Part shown: positions 1-10,137 of the stretch, piece by piece | How the letters are laid out: the number at the start of each line of letters is the position of its first letter | How positions within the stretch are numbered: the stretch's first letter is position 1 | Assembly: GCF_003334785.1 (NCBI RefSeq) | Contig: NZ_QOWV01000002.1 | DNA from: Escherichia coli | GTDB lineage: Bacteria > Pseudomonadota > Gammaproteobacteria > Enterobacterales > Enterobacteriaceae | Length of the DNA stretch: 64,000 nucleotides | Reading direction: 5' to 3' (one strand) | Position numbers and translations under genes: made by a program | Notes under the pieces: model-generated | Database searches by the model: none | Seen by the model: only the letters and a program-made list of their open reading frames with translations | What the model was told of the DNA's origin: nothing

Positions 1-420
1 CTCACGTCCGGTTTTGTCGGCATGTTCACGGGCAAGGGCAAACATTTGCGGGTTAGCGGTCGAGCCAAAGCTGCTAAGAAAGACGCCAACGAATAGCAAA
101 ACAAAGTAGTTGCGATTCCAGGCAAAAAGGGTGCAGGCCAGCACGCCTAACAGGCAGCAAAAGACAATCAGCGATTTGCGATCGCCGCGCTTATCAGAGC
201 GCCCGGCGAGAAACTGACTTACCAGAATCCCAATGACAGCGCTGCCGGTAAAGAAGAATCCCACCATCGCCGGACGGGCATGTACTTCATCGGTAAGAAA
301 AATACTGAGTGTCGGGGTTTGCAGAGCGCCCGCAATACCGGTGAGAAAGGCAACGATTAAAAACGCCGTCGAGGTCAGGTCAAACGATTTCGCGCTGGAG
401 ACTGCGGGGGAGTTATGCAT
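1..420 (-). CDS. setB: Sugar efflux transporter SetB (MFS), N-terminal 140 codons; gene continues past window start
   Basis: Minus-strand ORF runs off the window edge (not in ORF track); reverse-complement translation starts MHNSPAVSSAKSFDLTSTAFLIVAFLTG..., hydrophobic MFS-like; ATG at 420-418; divergent from fruB as in K-12. Confidence 0.85.
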   Translation of the reverse strand, partial: MHNSPAVSSAKSFDLTSTAFLIVAFLTGIAGALQTPTLSIFLTDEVHARPAMVGFFFTGSAVIGILVSQFLAGRSDKRGDRKSLIVFCCLLGVLACTLFAWNRNYFVLLFVGVFLSSFGSTANPQMFALAREHADKTGRE

Positions 421-687
421 GCTGGTCGATCACTGGAAGAGGAAGACGCGGAGTTTACGCTGCTTGTCAGAAAATAAACAGACAGCGAAATCAAAAGCGC
501 CACGAATAGTCAAAATGCCATTTCACTGTTGCTGATTGGCTGCTGACGCTGCTGAAATGAAATTGCTGATAACGGATTTTCCCATCAGCAATTAGGAAAA
601 ATGGCAAAAAATTGTGCAGCACATCAAACTTTTGCTCATAACTTTACGGCTTTCCTTGCGTGCTGAAACAGAAGTATTATGCTTTCT

Positions 688-701
688 TGAAACGTTTCAG
701 C
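688..701 (+). promoter_or_regulatory. Cra (FruR) operator-like palindrome TGAAACGTTTCAGC in fruB promoter
   Basis: Near-perfect match to the Cra half-site palindrome GCTGAAACGTTTCA, about 90 nt upstream of fruB ATG. Confidence 0.7.
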
Positions 702-752
702 GCGATCTTGTCTTTAACCCTAAGCCAGGTTGGCGCTTTTTTTCTCATAGAG

Positions 753-773
753 GCTGAATCGTTTCAATTCAGC
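753..773 (+). promoter_or_regulatory. Second Cra operator-like site GCTGAATCGTTTCAATTCAGC
   Basis: Imperfect palindrome of the same family, 15 nt upstream of fruB start; fruBKA is the classical Cra-repressed operon. Confidence 0.65.
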
Positions 774-787
774 AAGAGAGGAGAACT

Positions 788-1918
788 ATGTTCCAGTTAT
801 CCGTACAGGACATCCATCCGGGCGAAAAGGCCGGAGACAAAGAAGAGGCGATTCGCCAGGTCGCTGCGGCGCTGGTGCAGGCCGGTAATGTAGCAGAAGG
901 CTACGTCAATGGCATGCTGGCGCGCGAACAGCAAACCTCAACGTTCCTCGGCAATGGTATTGCTATTCCACACGGCACTACCGACACCCGCGATCAGGTG
1001 CTGAAAACCGGCGTTCAGGTATTTCAGTTCCCGGAAGGCGTCACCTGGGGTGACGGTCAGGTAGCGTACGTGGCAATCGGTATTGCTGCCAGCTCGGATG
1101 AACATCTGGGCCTGCTACGCCAGCTGACCCACGTACTGAGCGATGATTCCGTTGCTGAACAACTGAAGTCAGCAACAACAGCAGAAGAACTTCGCGCATT
1201 ACTGATGGGCGAAAAGCAGAGTGAGCAGCTGAAGCTCGACAACGAAATGCTGACACTGGATATCGTCGCCAGCGATCTGCTGACTCTTCAGGCGCTGAAC
1301 GCTGCGCGTCTGAAAGAGGCGGGGGCAGTTGACGCCACTTTCGTCACCAAAGCCATCAATGAACAACCGCTGAATCTCGGACAGGGTATCTGGCTGAGCG
1401 ATAGCGCCGAAGGCAATCTGCGTAGCGCGATTGCGGTAAGCCGTGCGGCAAATGCTTTTGATGTGGACGGCGAAACGGCAGCCATGCTGGTGAGTGTGGC
1501 GATGAATGACGATCAGCCCATCGCGGTTCTTAAGCGTCTCGCTGATTTATTGCTCGACAATAAAGCTGACCGCTTGCTGAAAGCGGATGCGGCAACGTTG
1601 CTGGCGCTGCTGACCAGCGATGATGCGCCGACCGACGACGTGTTAAGCGCGGAGTTTGTGGTGCGCAATGAACACGGCCTGCATGCTCGTCCAGGTACCA
1701 TGCTGGTCAATACCATTAAACAATTTAACAGTGATATTACCGTGACAAACCTTGATGGTACCGGCAAACCGGCAAACGGACGTAGTCTGATGAAAGTTGT
1801 GGCACTTGGCGTTAAGAAAGGTCATCGCCTACGCTTTACCGCCCAGGGTGCAGATGCTGAACAGGCGCTGAAAGCAATCGGCGACGCTATCGCTGCTGGT
1901 CTTGGGGAGGGCGCATAA
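788..1918 (+). CDS. fruB: Fructose PTS enzyme IIA / FPr (HPr-like) fusion protein
   Basis: 376-aa ORF; N-terminal PTS EIIA (IPHGT motif) and C-terminal HPr-like domain; first gene of fruBKA; stop overlaps fruK start (TAATG). Confidence 0.95.
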
Positions 1919-2856
1919 TGAGCAGACGTGTTGCTACTATCACCCTTAATCCGGCTTATGACCTTGTTGGTTTCTGCCCGGAAATTGAACGCGGCGAAGT
2001 GAACCTGGTGAAAACCACCGGTCTGCATGCGGCGGGTAAAGGCATCAACGTGGCCAAAGTATTAAAAGACCTGGGAATTGATGTCACCGTTGGCGGCTTC
2101 CTGGGTAAAGACAATCAGGATGGTTTTCAGCAACTGTTCAGCGAGCTGGGCATTGCCAACCGTTTCCAGGTTGTACAGGGGCGCACCCGAATTAACGTTA
2201 AGCTGACGGAAAAAGACGGCGAAGTGACCGACTTCAACTTCTCGGGTTTTGAAGTCACCCCCGCCGACTGGGAACGCTTTGTGACTGATTCTCTGAGCTG
2301 GCTCGGTCAGTTCGATATGGTCTGTGTCAGCGGAAGCTTACCGTCAGGCGTCAGCCCGGAAGCGTTCACCGACTGGATGACTCGCCTGCGTAGTCAGTGT
2401 CCTTGCATTATCTTTGATAGTAGCCGTGAAGCGTTAGTAGCAGGTTTGAAAGCGGCACCGTGGCTGGTGAAACCTAACCGCCGCGAGCTGGAAATCTGGG
2501 CAGGCCGTAAACTGCCTGAAATGAAAGATGTGATTGAAGCTGCACATGCGCTACGTGAACAAGGCATCGCGCATGTTGTTATTTCACTGGGTGCCGAAGG
2601 CGCGCTTTGGGTTAATGCCTCCGGCGAATGGATCGCCAAACCACCGTCAGTCGATGTCGTAAGCACCGTTGGCGCAGGGGATTCTATGGTTGGTGGCCTG
2701 ATTTATGGCTTGCTGATGCGTGAATCCAGTGAACACACACTGCGTCTGGCGACAGCTGTTGCAGCCCTGGCGGTAAGTCAAAGCAATGTGGGTATTACCG
2801 ATCGTCCGCAGTTGGCCGCAATGATGGCGCGCGTCGACTTACAACCTTTTAACTGA
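1918..2856 (+). CDS. fruK: 1-phosphofructokinase
   Basis: 312-aa pfkB-family kinase ORF (GAGD motif near C-terminus), start overlaps fruB stop. Confidence 0.95.
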   Translation: MSRRVATITLNPAYDLVGFCPEIERGEVNLVKTTGLHAAGKGINVAKVLKDLGIDVTVGGFLGKDNQDGFQQLFSELGIANRFQVVQGRTRINVKLTEKDGEVTDFNFSGFEVTPADWERFVTDSLSWLGQFDMVCVSGSLPSGVSPEAFTDWMTRLRSQCPCIIFDSSREALVAGLKAAPWLVKPNRRELEIWAGRKLPEMKDVIEAAHALREQGIAHVVISLGAEGALWVNASGEWIAKPPSVDVVSTVGAGDSMVGGLIYGLLMRESSEHTLRLATAVAALAVSQSNVGITDRPQLAAMMARVDLQPFN

Positions 2857-2872
2857 CAGCAGGAGAGGCATA

Positions 2873-4564
2873 ATGAAAACGCTGCTGATTATTGACGCTA
2901 ATCTCGGTCAGGCACGCGCCTATATGGCGAAGACCCTGCTGGGCGCGGCGGCGCGAAAAGCAAAACTGGAAATCATCGACAATCCGAACGACGCTGAAAT
3001 GGCGATTGTTCTCGGTGATTCCATCCCGAACGACAGCGCGCTGAACGGTAAAAATGTCTGGCTGGGCGATATTTCCCGGGCAGTTGCGCACCCTGAGCTG
3101 TTCCTGAGTGAAGCCAAAGGCCATGCGAAACCTTACACTGCGCCGGTCGCTGCGACAGCACCAGTTGCCGCCAGCGGTCCGAAACGCGTAGTTGCGGTGA
3201 CTGCTTGCCCGACTGGCGTAGCACACACCTTTATGGCGGCTGAAGCCATTGAAACCGAAGCGAAAAAACGTGGCTGGTGGGTGAAAGTTGAAACCCGTGG
3301 TTCTGTTGGCGCGGGTAATGCAATCACTCCCGAAGAAGTCGCAGCAGCGGATCTGGTGATTGTGGCGGCAGATATCGAAGTGGATCTGGCGAAATTTGCT
3401 GGTAAACCGATGTATCGTACCTCTACCGGTCTGGCGCTGAAGAAAACCGCGCAGGAACTGGATAAAGCGGTTGCTGAAGCAACGCCGTATGAACCGGCGG
3501 GCAAAGCTCAAACGGCGACCACTGAAAGTAAGAAAGAGAGTGCAGGCGCATACCGTCACTTGCTGACGGGCGTTTCTTACATGCTGCCGATGGTCGTTGC
3601 AGGTGGTCTGTGTATCGCGCTTTCTTTTGCTTTTGGTATCGAAGCGTTTAAAGAGCCGGGTACGTTGGCTGCGGCGCTGATGCAGATTGGTGGTGGTTCA
3701 GCCTTTGCGCTGATGGTGCCGGTACTGGCAGGTTATATTGCCTTTTCCATTGCCGATCGTCCGGGCCTCACTCCGGGTCTGATTGGCGGTATGCTGGCGG
3801 TCAGCACCGGTTCTGGCTTCATTGGTGGTATTATTGCGGGCTTCCTGGCTGGTTACATTGCGAAGTTAATCAGTACGCAATTGAAACTGCCACAGAGTAT
3901 GGAGGCGCTGAAACCGATCCTGATCATTCCGCTAATTTCCAGTCTGGTGGTCGGTCTGGCGATGATCTACCTGATCGGTAAACCAGTTGCTGGCATTCTC
4001 GAAGGGCTGACTCACTGGCTGCAGACCATGGGGACTGCGAATGCGGTTCTGCTGGGGGCGATCCTCGGTGGCATGATGTGTACTGACATGGGCGGTCCGG
4101 TAAACAAAGCAGCGTACGCATTCGGTGTGGGTCTGCTGAGTACTCAAACCTATGGCCCGATGGCGGCGATTATGGCGGCAGGTATGGTGCCACCGCTGGC
4201 AATGGGTCTGGCAACAATGGTGGCGCGTCGCAAATTCGACAAAGCGCAGCAGGAAGGTGGCAAAGCCGCTCTGGTATTGGGACTGTGCTTCATTTCGGAA
4301 GGTGCAATTCCGTTTGCTGCTCGTGATCCGATGCGTGTGCTGCCGTGCTGTATCGTGGGTGGGGCGCTGACTGGCGCAATCTCAATGGCGATTGGTGCGA
4401 AACTGATGGCACCGCACGGTGGTCTGTTTGTTCTGCTGATCCCTGGCGCTATTACGCCGGTATTGGGTTACCTGGTAGCAATTATTGCCGGTACGCTGGT
4501 GGCGGGTTTGGCCTATGCCTTCCTGAAACGTCCGGAAGTGGACGCAGTAGCGAAAGCAGCGTAA
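2873..4564 (+). CDS. fruA: Fructose PTS enzyme IIB'BC
   Basis: 563-aa ORF, duplicated IIB-like N-terminus followed by polytopic IIC membrane domain; RBS AGGAGAGG upstream. Confidence 0.95.
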   Translation: MKTLLIIDANLGQARAYMAKTLLGAAARKAKLEIIDNPNDAEMAIVLGDSIPNDSALNGKNVWLGDISRAVAHPELFLSEAKGHAKPYTAPVAATAPVAASGPKRVVAVTACPTGVAHTFMAAEAIETEAKKRGWWVKVETRGSVGAGNAITPEEVAAADLVIVAADIEVDLAKFAGKPMYRTSTGLALKKTAQELDKAVAEATPYEPAGKAQTATTESKKESAGAYRHLLTGVSYMLPMVVAGGLCIALSFAFGIEAFKEPGTLAAALMQIGGGSAFALMVPVLAGYIAFSIADRPGLTPGLIGGMLAVSTGSGFIGGIIAGFLAGYIAKLISTQLKLPQSMEALKPILIIPLISSLVVGLAMIYLIGKPVAGILEGLTHWLQTMGTANAVLLGAILGGMMCTDMGGPVNKAAYAFGVGLLSTQTYGPMAAIMAAGMVPPLAMGLATMVARRKFDKAQQEGGKAALVLGLCFISEGAIPFAARDPMRVLPCCIVGGALTGAISMAIGAKLMAPHGGLFVLLIPGAITPVLGYLVAIIAGTLVAGLAYAFLKRPEVDAVAKAA

Positions 4565-4720
4565 TAAAAGGTGTGTTACAGGGCAGAAATTTCCTGTCCT
4601 GTAACATTTGATGAGCGCAAAGAGAATGACCGGTTTGTGAATGTAATTTTATGAATTTAAATGGTTTTATCTTTCAGTAGAAACTTCAAACGTTCATCAA
4701 ACACTCAGGTTATTTCCTCA

Positions 4721-4748
4721 AGGGCAGATTATTTTCTGCCCTTTTTTA
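4721..4748 (+). terminator. Rho-independent terminator downstream of fruA
   Basis: GGGCAGA-loop-TCTGCCC stem followed by TTTTTTATT. Confidence 0.7.
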
Positions 4749-4986
4749 TTGTTCTGTTCTGTGCATCCCGTCACAAATTCCTCGCTTTTGTAATTCAGGC
4801 ATTTAATCGCATTTTGTGAGCCTGCTCAAATCTGCCCATTTTGCCTCTCTGGCGGTAATTTACTTTACGTAAAACATGCATACTATGAGCACATGTTTAA
4901 ATATGAACACATGTTTAAACCGTCTTTGCAGTATCTATATTCTTGTGGATTGACAGGGTTGGTAATTTTTTACCAGAGGACGTGCT

Positions 4987-5928
4987 ATGCGCGAAAAGGA
5001 TTATGTCGTAATTATAGGTTCGGCGAATATTGATGTCGCCGGATATTCACATGAATCATTAAATTATGCGGATTCAAATCCAGGTAAAATAAAATTTACG
5101 CCTGGTGGAGTAGGGCGCAATATTGCACAAAACCTGGCGTTGCTGGGTAACAAAGCCTGGCTACTGAGCGCCGTAGGCAGTGATTTTTATGGTCAATCGC
5201 TGCTAACGCAAACCAATCAATCTGGCGTTTATGTCGATAAATGCCTGATTGTGCCGGGAGAAAATACGTCGAGTTATTTATCATTACTCGATAATACCGG
5301 TGAAATGCTGGTTGCTATAAATGACATGAATATTAGCAACGCTATTACAGCTGAATATCTCGCACAGCACGGTGAATTTATTCAGAGGGCAAAGGTCATT
5401 GTCGCGGACTGTAATATCAGTGAAGAGGCACTGGCATGGATTCTGGATAATGCCGCCAACGTACCCGTATTTGTCGATCCGGTTTCGGCATGGAAATGTG
5501 TCAAAGTGCGCGACCGTCTAAATCAGATCCACACTCTCAAGCCAAACCGCCTTGAAGCGGAAACCCTGAGTGGGATTGCGCTGTCAGGGCGTGAAGATGT
5601 GGCAAAAGTTGCTGCCTGGTTCCATCAACATGGCCTGAACCGACTGGTATTGAGCATGGGCGGCGACGGCGTTTATTACAGCGATATCAGCGGTGAAAGT
5701 GGCTGGTCTGCGCCGATCAAAACCAATGTTATTAATGTTACCGGAGCGGGCGATGCCATGATGGCGGGACTTGCTTCGTGTTGGGTAGACGGAATGCCGT
5801 TTGCCGAATCTGTTCGTTTCGCACAGGGATGTTCGTCAATGGCGCTCTCCTGTGAATACACCAATAACCCCGATTTATCGATTGCCAACGTTATATCGTT
5901 AGTGGAGAACGCAGAATGTCTGAATTAA
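4987..5928 (+). CDS. psuK: Pseudouridine kinase (pfkB family)
   Basis: 313-aa ORF MREKDYVVIIGSANIDV...; pfkB motifs; overlaps psuG by 13 nt. Confidence 0.9.
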   Translation: MREKDYVVIIGSANIDVAGYSHESLNYADSNPGKIKFTPGGVGRNIAQNLALLGNKAWLLSAVGSDFYGQSLLTQTNQSGVYVDKCLIVPGENTSSYLSLLDNTGEMLVAINDMNISNAITAEYLAQHGEFIQRAKVIVADCNISEEALAWILDNAANVPVFVDPVSAWKCVKVRDRLNQIHTLKPNRLEAETLSGIALSGREDVAKVAAWFHQHGLNRLVLSMGGDGVYYSDISGESGWSAPIKTNVINVTGAGDAMMAGLASCWVDGMPFAESVRFAQGCSSMALSCEYTNNPDLSIANVISLVENAECLN

Positions 5929-6854
5929 AAATTTCCCCTGAATTATTACAAATTTCCCCGGAAGTGCAGGACGCTTTAAAAAACAAAAAACCGGTTGTGG
6001 CGCTGGAATCGACCATTATTTCTCACGGGATGCCGTTCCCACAAAATGCCCAGACCGCAATTGAAGTTGAAGAAACTATTCGTAAACAGGGCGCTGTACC
6101 TGCCACGATCGCCATTATTGGCGGCGTGATGAAAGTGGGGTTAAGCAAAGAAGAAATTGAATTACTGGGTCGTGAAGGGCATAACGTGACCAAAGTTAGT
6201 CGTCGCGATTTACCTTTTGTTGTTGCCGCCGGAAAAAATGGCGCAACCACTGTGGCTTCAACGATGATTATTGCGGCGCTTGCCGGAATTAAAGTATTTG
6301 CCACCGGGGGAATTGGTGGTGTGCATCGCGGGGCGGAACATACCTTCGATATTTCTGCCGATTTGCAAGAACTGGCAAATACTAATGTCACCGTTGTTTG
6401 TGCCGGGGCGAAATCTATTCTCGATTTAGGATTAACCACTGAGTATTTAGAAACCTTCGGTGTGCCGTTAATTGGCTATCAGACTAAAGCGCTGCCTGCG
6501 TTTTTCTGCCGCACCAGCCCGTTTGACGTCAGCATTCGTCTCGACAGCGCCAGCGAAATTGCCCGTGCAATGGCGGTGAAATGGCAAAGCGGTCTGAACG
6601 GTGGCCTCGTGGTAGCGAACCCGATCCCGGAACAGTTTGCTATGCCGGAACACACTATCAATGCGGCGATCGATCAGGCGGTAGCTGAAGCTGAAGCTCA
6701 GGGAGTCATTGGTAAAGAAAGTACGCCATTCCTGCTGGCGCGCGTTGCTGAACTGACCGGCGGTGACAGCCTGAAATCCAACATCCAGCTGGTGTTCAAC
6801 AACGCCATTCTGGCGAGCGAAATTGCCAAAGAATATCAGCGTCTCGCGGGTTAA
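5916..6854 (+). CDS. psuG: Pseudouridine-5'-phosphate glycosidase
   Basis: 312-aa ORF; operon partner of psuK (yeiN/yeiC arrangement). Confidence 0.9.
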   Translation: MSELKISPELLQISPEVQDALKNKKPVVALESTIISHGMPFPQNAQTAIEVEETIRKQGAVPATIAIIGGVMKVGLSKEEIELLGREGHNVTKVSRRDLPFVVAAGKNGATTVASTMIIAALAGIKVFATGGIGGVHRGAEHTFDISADLQELANTNVTVVCAGAKSILDLGLTTEYLETFGVPLIGYQTKALPAFFCRTSPFDVSIRLDSASEIARAMAVKWQSGLNGGLVVANPIPEQFAMPEHTINAAIDQAVAEAEAQGVIGKESTPFLLARVAELTGGDSLKSNIQLVFNNAILASEIAKEYQRLAG

Positions 6855-6947
6855 TTTCTGACGGGCAGAAAGCCGTCGCCCGTACTCATCAAGCATACCA
6901 AAACCTGGCGCTGACGCCGGGTTTACCGGCATGAAGGGAAAATCATT

Positions 6948-8198
6948 ATGGATATAATGAGAAGTGTTGTGGGGATGGTGGTGTTACTGGCAATAGCATT
7001 TCTGTTGTCAGTGAATAAAAAGAGCATCAGTTTGCGCACGGTTGGAGCCGCACTGCTGCTGCAAATCGCTATTGGTGGCATCATGCTCTACTTCCCACCG
7101 GGAAAATGGGCAGTAGAACAGGCGGCATTAGGCGTTCATAAAGTGATGTCTTACAGTGATGCCGGTAGCGCCTTCATTTTTGGTTCGCTGGTTGGGCCGA
7201 AAATGGATGTCCTGTTTGACGGTGCGGGTTTTATCTTCGCCTTTCGCGTACTTCCGGCGATTATTTTCGTTACTGCGCTCATCAGTCTGCTGTACTACAT
7301 TGGCGTGATGGGGCTGCTGATTCGCATCCTTGGCAGCATTTTCCAGAAAGCCCTCAACATCAGCAAAATCGAATCTTTTGTTGCGGTTACTACTATTTTC
7401 CTCGGGCAAAATGAGATCCCGGCGATCGTTAAACCGTTTATCGATCGCATGAATCGCAACGAGTTGTTTACCGCAATTTGTAGCGGGATGGCGTCCATTG
7501 CTGGTTCGATGATGATTGGTTATGCCGGAATGGGCGTACCAATTGACTACCTGTTAGCGGCATCGCTGATGGCGATCCCTGGCGGGATTTTGTTTGCACG
7601 TATTCTTAGCCCGGCAACCGAGCCTTCGCAGGTCACATTTGAAAATCTGTCGTTCAGCGAAACGCCGCCAAAAAGCTTTATCGAAGCGGCGGCGAGCGGT
7701 GCGATGACCGGGCTAAAAATCGCCGCTGGTGTGGCGACGGTGGTAATGGCGTTTGTCGCAATTATTGCGCTGATCAACGGCATTATCGGCGGAATTGGCG
7801 GCTGGTTTGGTTTCGCCAATGCCTCTCTGGAAAGTATTTTTGGCTATGTGCTGGCACCGCTGGCGTGGATCATGGGTGTGGACTGGAGTGATGCCAATCT
7901 TGCGGGTAGCCTGATTGGGCAGAAACTGGCGATTAACGAATTCGTCGCTTACCTGAGTTTCTCCCCATACCTGCAAACGGGCGGCACGCTGGAAGTGAAA
8001 ACCATTGCGATTATCTCCTTTGCGCTTTGTGGTTTTGCTAACTTTGGTTCTATCGGTGTTGTCGTTGGCGCATTTTCGGCTATTTCGCCAAAACGCGCGC
8101 CGGAAATCGCCCAGCTTGGTTTACGGGCGCTGGCAGCAGCAACGCTTTCCAACCTGATGAGTGCGACTATTGCCGGGTTCTTTATTGGTCTGGCGTAA
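6948..8198 (+). CDS. psuT: Concentrative nucleoside transporter (NupC family), putative pseudouridine transporter
   Basis: 416-aa polytopic membrane ORF; close paralog of the ORF at 10138-11388. Confidence 0.9.
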   Translation: MDIMRSVVGMVVLLAIAFLLSVNKKSISLRTVGAALLLQIAIGGIMLYFPPGKWAVEQAALGVHKVMSYSDAGSAFIFGSLVGPKMDVLFDGAGFIFAFRVLPAIIFVTALISLLYYIGVMGLLIRILGSIFQKALNISKIESFVAVTTIFLGQNEIPAIVKPFIDRMNRNELFTAICSGMASIAGSMMIGYAGMGVPIDYLLAASLMAIPGGILFARILSPATEPSQVTFENLSFSETPPKSFIEAAASGAMTGLKIAAGVATVVMAFVAIIALINGIIGGIGGWFGFANASLESIFGYVLAPLAWIMGVDWSDANLAGSLIGQKLAINEFVAYLSFSPYLQTGGTLEVKTIAIISFALCGFANFGSIGVVVGAFSAISPKRAPEIAQLGLRALAAATLSNLMSATIAGFFIGLA

Positions 8199-8207
8199 TG
8201 CTCGATT

Positions 8208-8250
8208 TGTAGACCGGATAAAACGTATTAAGCGTTGCATCCGGCAATCG
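8208..8250. repeat. REP (repetitive extragenic palindrome) element
   Basis: TGTAGACCGGATAAAACG...GCATCCGGCAA matches REP consensus family (GCCGGATAAGGCG.../GCATCCGGC). Confidence 0.8.
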
Positions 8251-8268
8251 CGCTATTGAAAATAATTT

Positions 8269-8928
8269 TTACTGCATCATCCCGGAGAATTTATTCTCCG
8301 GGTCCATCTCCAGCGCCAGTCCTGACAACTGCTTTCTGTTTTTAATGAGATATCCTTTCTTGCTTTTAATTAATAAACCGTCGTGAATGAACTGCGCGAG
8401 AACATATAAAAGATGTCGATAAGAAACGCCTAAATACTCTGCCGCTTGCGTATGCTTTTCGTGATAAAGATCACCTTCCTGCGAGAGTAATATAAATGCT
8501 GCCAGGCGATTCACTAACGGAAATGATTGATTCTGAGTTAAAGAAACAATATTACGATAATTTTTATGACTTAAGGTGACGCAGAGTTTTCGTAAAAATA
8601 GCGTGTCGTTTAATAACAGCGGACGGTAATGTTTCATAGGGAGCGCAAGGCACCAACACTCTTCAATAGCCTGCACCGCACGCGGTTCATGGTCTTTATC
8701 GATTAACTCAATCTCGCCAATAAAACAGGGGGCGGCAAAGAAATCGATCAGCGACACGCGACCATTAGCTAGCGTGGCGTAAAGCCTGGCGCGGCCTCGC
8801 GTCAGGTAAAACAGCCAGGACGGCTGTTGCCCTTCCTGCACAATGTAGTCACGCGCTAAAAAATGAAACAGCCGCGTATCGGCTGAAACATCCGTTAAAA
8901 AGCAATCCTTAAACGCGGATTCACTCAT
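8269..8928 (-). CDS. yeiL: CRP/FNR-family transcriptional regulator
   Basis: ORF with cNMP-binding-like N-terminus and C-terminal HTH; chose ATG at 8928 (MSESAFKD...), since the longer frame to 8967 begins with GTG. Confidence 0.85.
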
Positions 8929-9096
8929 CAATTGCTGCTTAAGATCATTATTGTGGATTTCTTTCACGATGTTTATCCGCTATGAGATTTCTCATATTTA
9001 GCATACGTACGCTGTTGTTAAGATTCAATCATCGGCCCGGTCGAATTTTCTTTGCTGTAGAAAAAATAACGCAACTGGAAACAGAGGAAATAAACA

Positions 9097-10038
9097 ATGG
9101 AAAAGAGAAAAATTATTCTGGATTGTGATCCGGGTCATGATGATGCTATTGCTATAATGATGGCGGCGAAACATCCGGCAATAGATTTATTAGGCATCAC
9201 TATTGTAGCGGGTAATCAGACGCTTGATAAAACATTAATTAATGGCCTGAATGTTTGCCAGAAACTGGAGATTAATGTTCCGGTTTATGCGGGGATGCCG
9301 CAGCCCATTATGCGTCAACAAATCGTTGCCGATAATATTCACGGTGAAACCGGACTGGATGGCCCGGTATTCGAGCCGCTGACCCGCCAGGCAGAAAGCA
9401 CTCATGCGGTGAAATATATCATTGATACCCTGATGGCAAGCGATGGCGATATCACTCTGGTGCCGGTTGGTCCGCTTTCAAATATCGCGGTGGCAATGCG
9501 TATGCAACCCGCGATCCTGCCCAAAATCCGTGAAATTGTGCTAATGGGCGGCGCTTACGGTACAGGCAACTTCACGCCATCTGCCGAGTTCAACATCTTT
9601 GCCGACCCGGAAGCCGCACGCGTAGTGTTCACCTCCGGCGTTCCATTAGTGATGATGGGCCTCGATCTCACCAACCAGACCGTTTGCACCCCGGACGTGA
9701 TTGCTCGGATGGAAAGGGCAGGCGGCCCCGCCGGAGAGCTGTTCAGCGACATCATGAACTTCACTCTCAAAACGCAGTTCGAAAACTACGGCCTTGCTGG
9801 CGGCCCGGTGCACGACGCCACCTGCATCGGTTATCTGATTAACCCTGATGGCATTAAAACCCAGGAGATGTACGTCGAAGTGGACGTCAACAGTGGCCCT
9901 TGCTATGGGCGTACCGTCTGCGACGAGCTGGGCGTTCTTGGCAAGCCCGCCAATACCAAAGTCGGCATCACTATTGATACAGACTGGTTCTGGGGATTAG
10001 TCGAAGAGTGCGTGCGCGGCTACATCAAAACCCATTAA
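9097..10038 (+). CDS. rihB: Pyrimidine-specific ribonucleoside hydrolase
   Basis: 313-aa ORF with N-terminal DCDPGHDDA nucleoside hydrolase signature. Confidence 0.93.
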   Translation: MEKRKIILDCDPGHDDAIAIMMAAKHPAIDLLGITIVAGNQTLDKTLINGLNVCQKLEINVPVYAGMPQPIMRQQIVADNIHGETGLDGPVFEPLTRQAESTHAVKYIIDTLMASDGDITLVPVGPLSNIAVAMRMQPAILPKIREIVLMGGAYGTGNFTPSAEFNIFADPEAARVVFTSGVPLVMMGLDLTNQTVCTPDVIARMERAGGPAGELFSDIMNFTLKTQFENYGLAGGPVHDATCIGYLINPDGIKTQEMYVEVDVNSGPCYGRTVCDELGVLGKPANTKVGITIDTDWFWGLVEECVRGYIKTH

Positions 10039-10137
10039 GTGTTGATAACAAGCCGGGCCGGTATCGCAAGATGCAGGCCTGGCTATTTCTGATGGGCAGA
10101 AAGCCGTCGCCCAATATGACATGAAGAGATAATCACT

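Noticed and set aside
660-893. 77-aa plus-strand ORF overlapping the fruB promoter and start
   Set aside because: Overlaps the Cra operators and the fruB 5' end in another frame; fruB accounts for the coding signal.
4573-4606. Imperfect inverted repeat (GTTACAGGGCAG...CTGTCCTGTAAC) immediately after the fruA stop
   Set aside because: No following U-tract; the downstream hairpin at 4721-4748 is a far better intrinsic terminator. It may be a stabilising stem-loop but is not supportable as a distinct feature.
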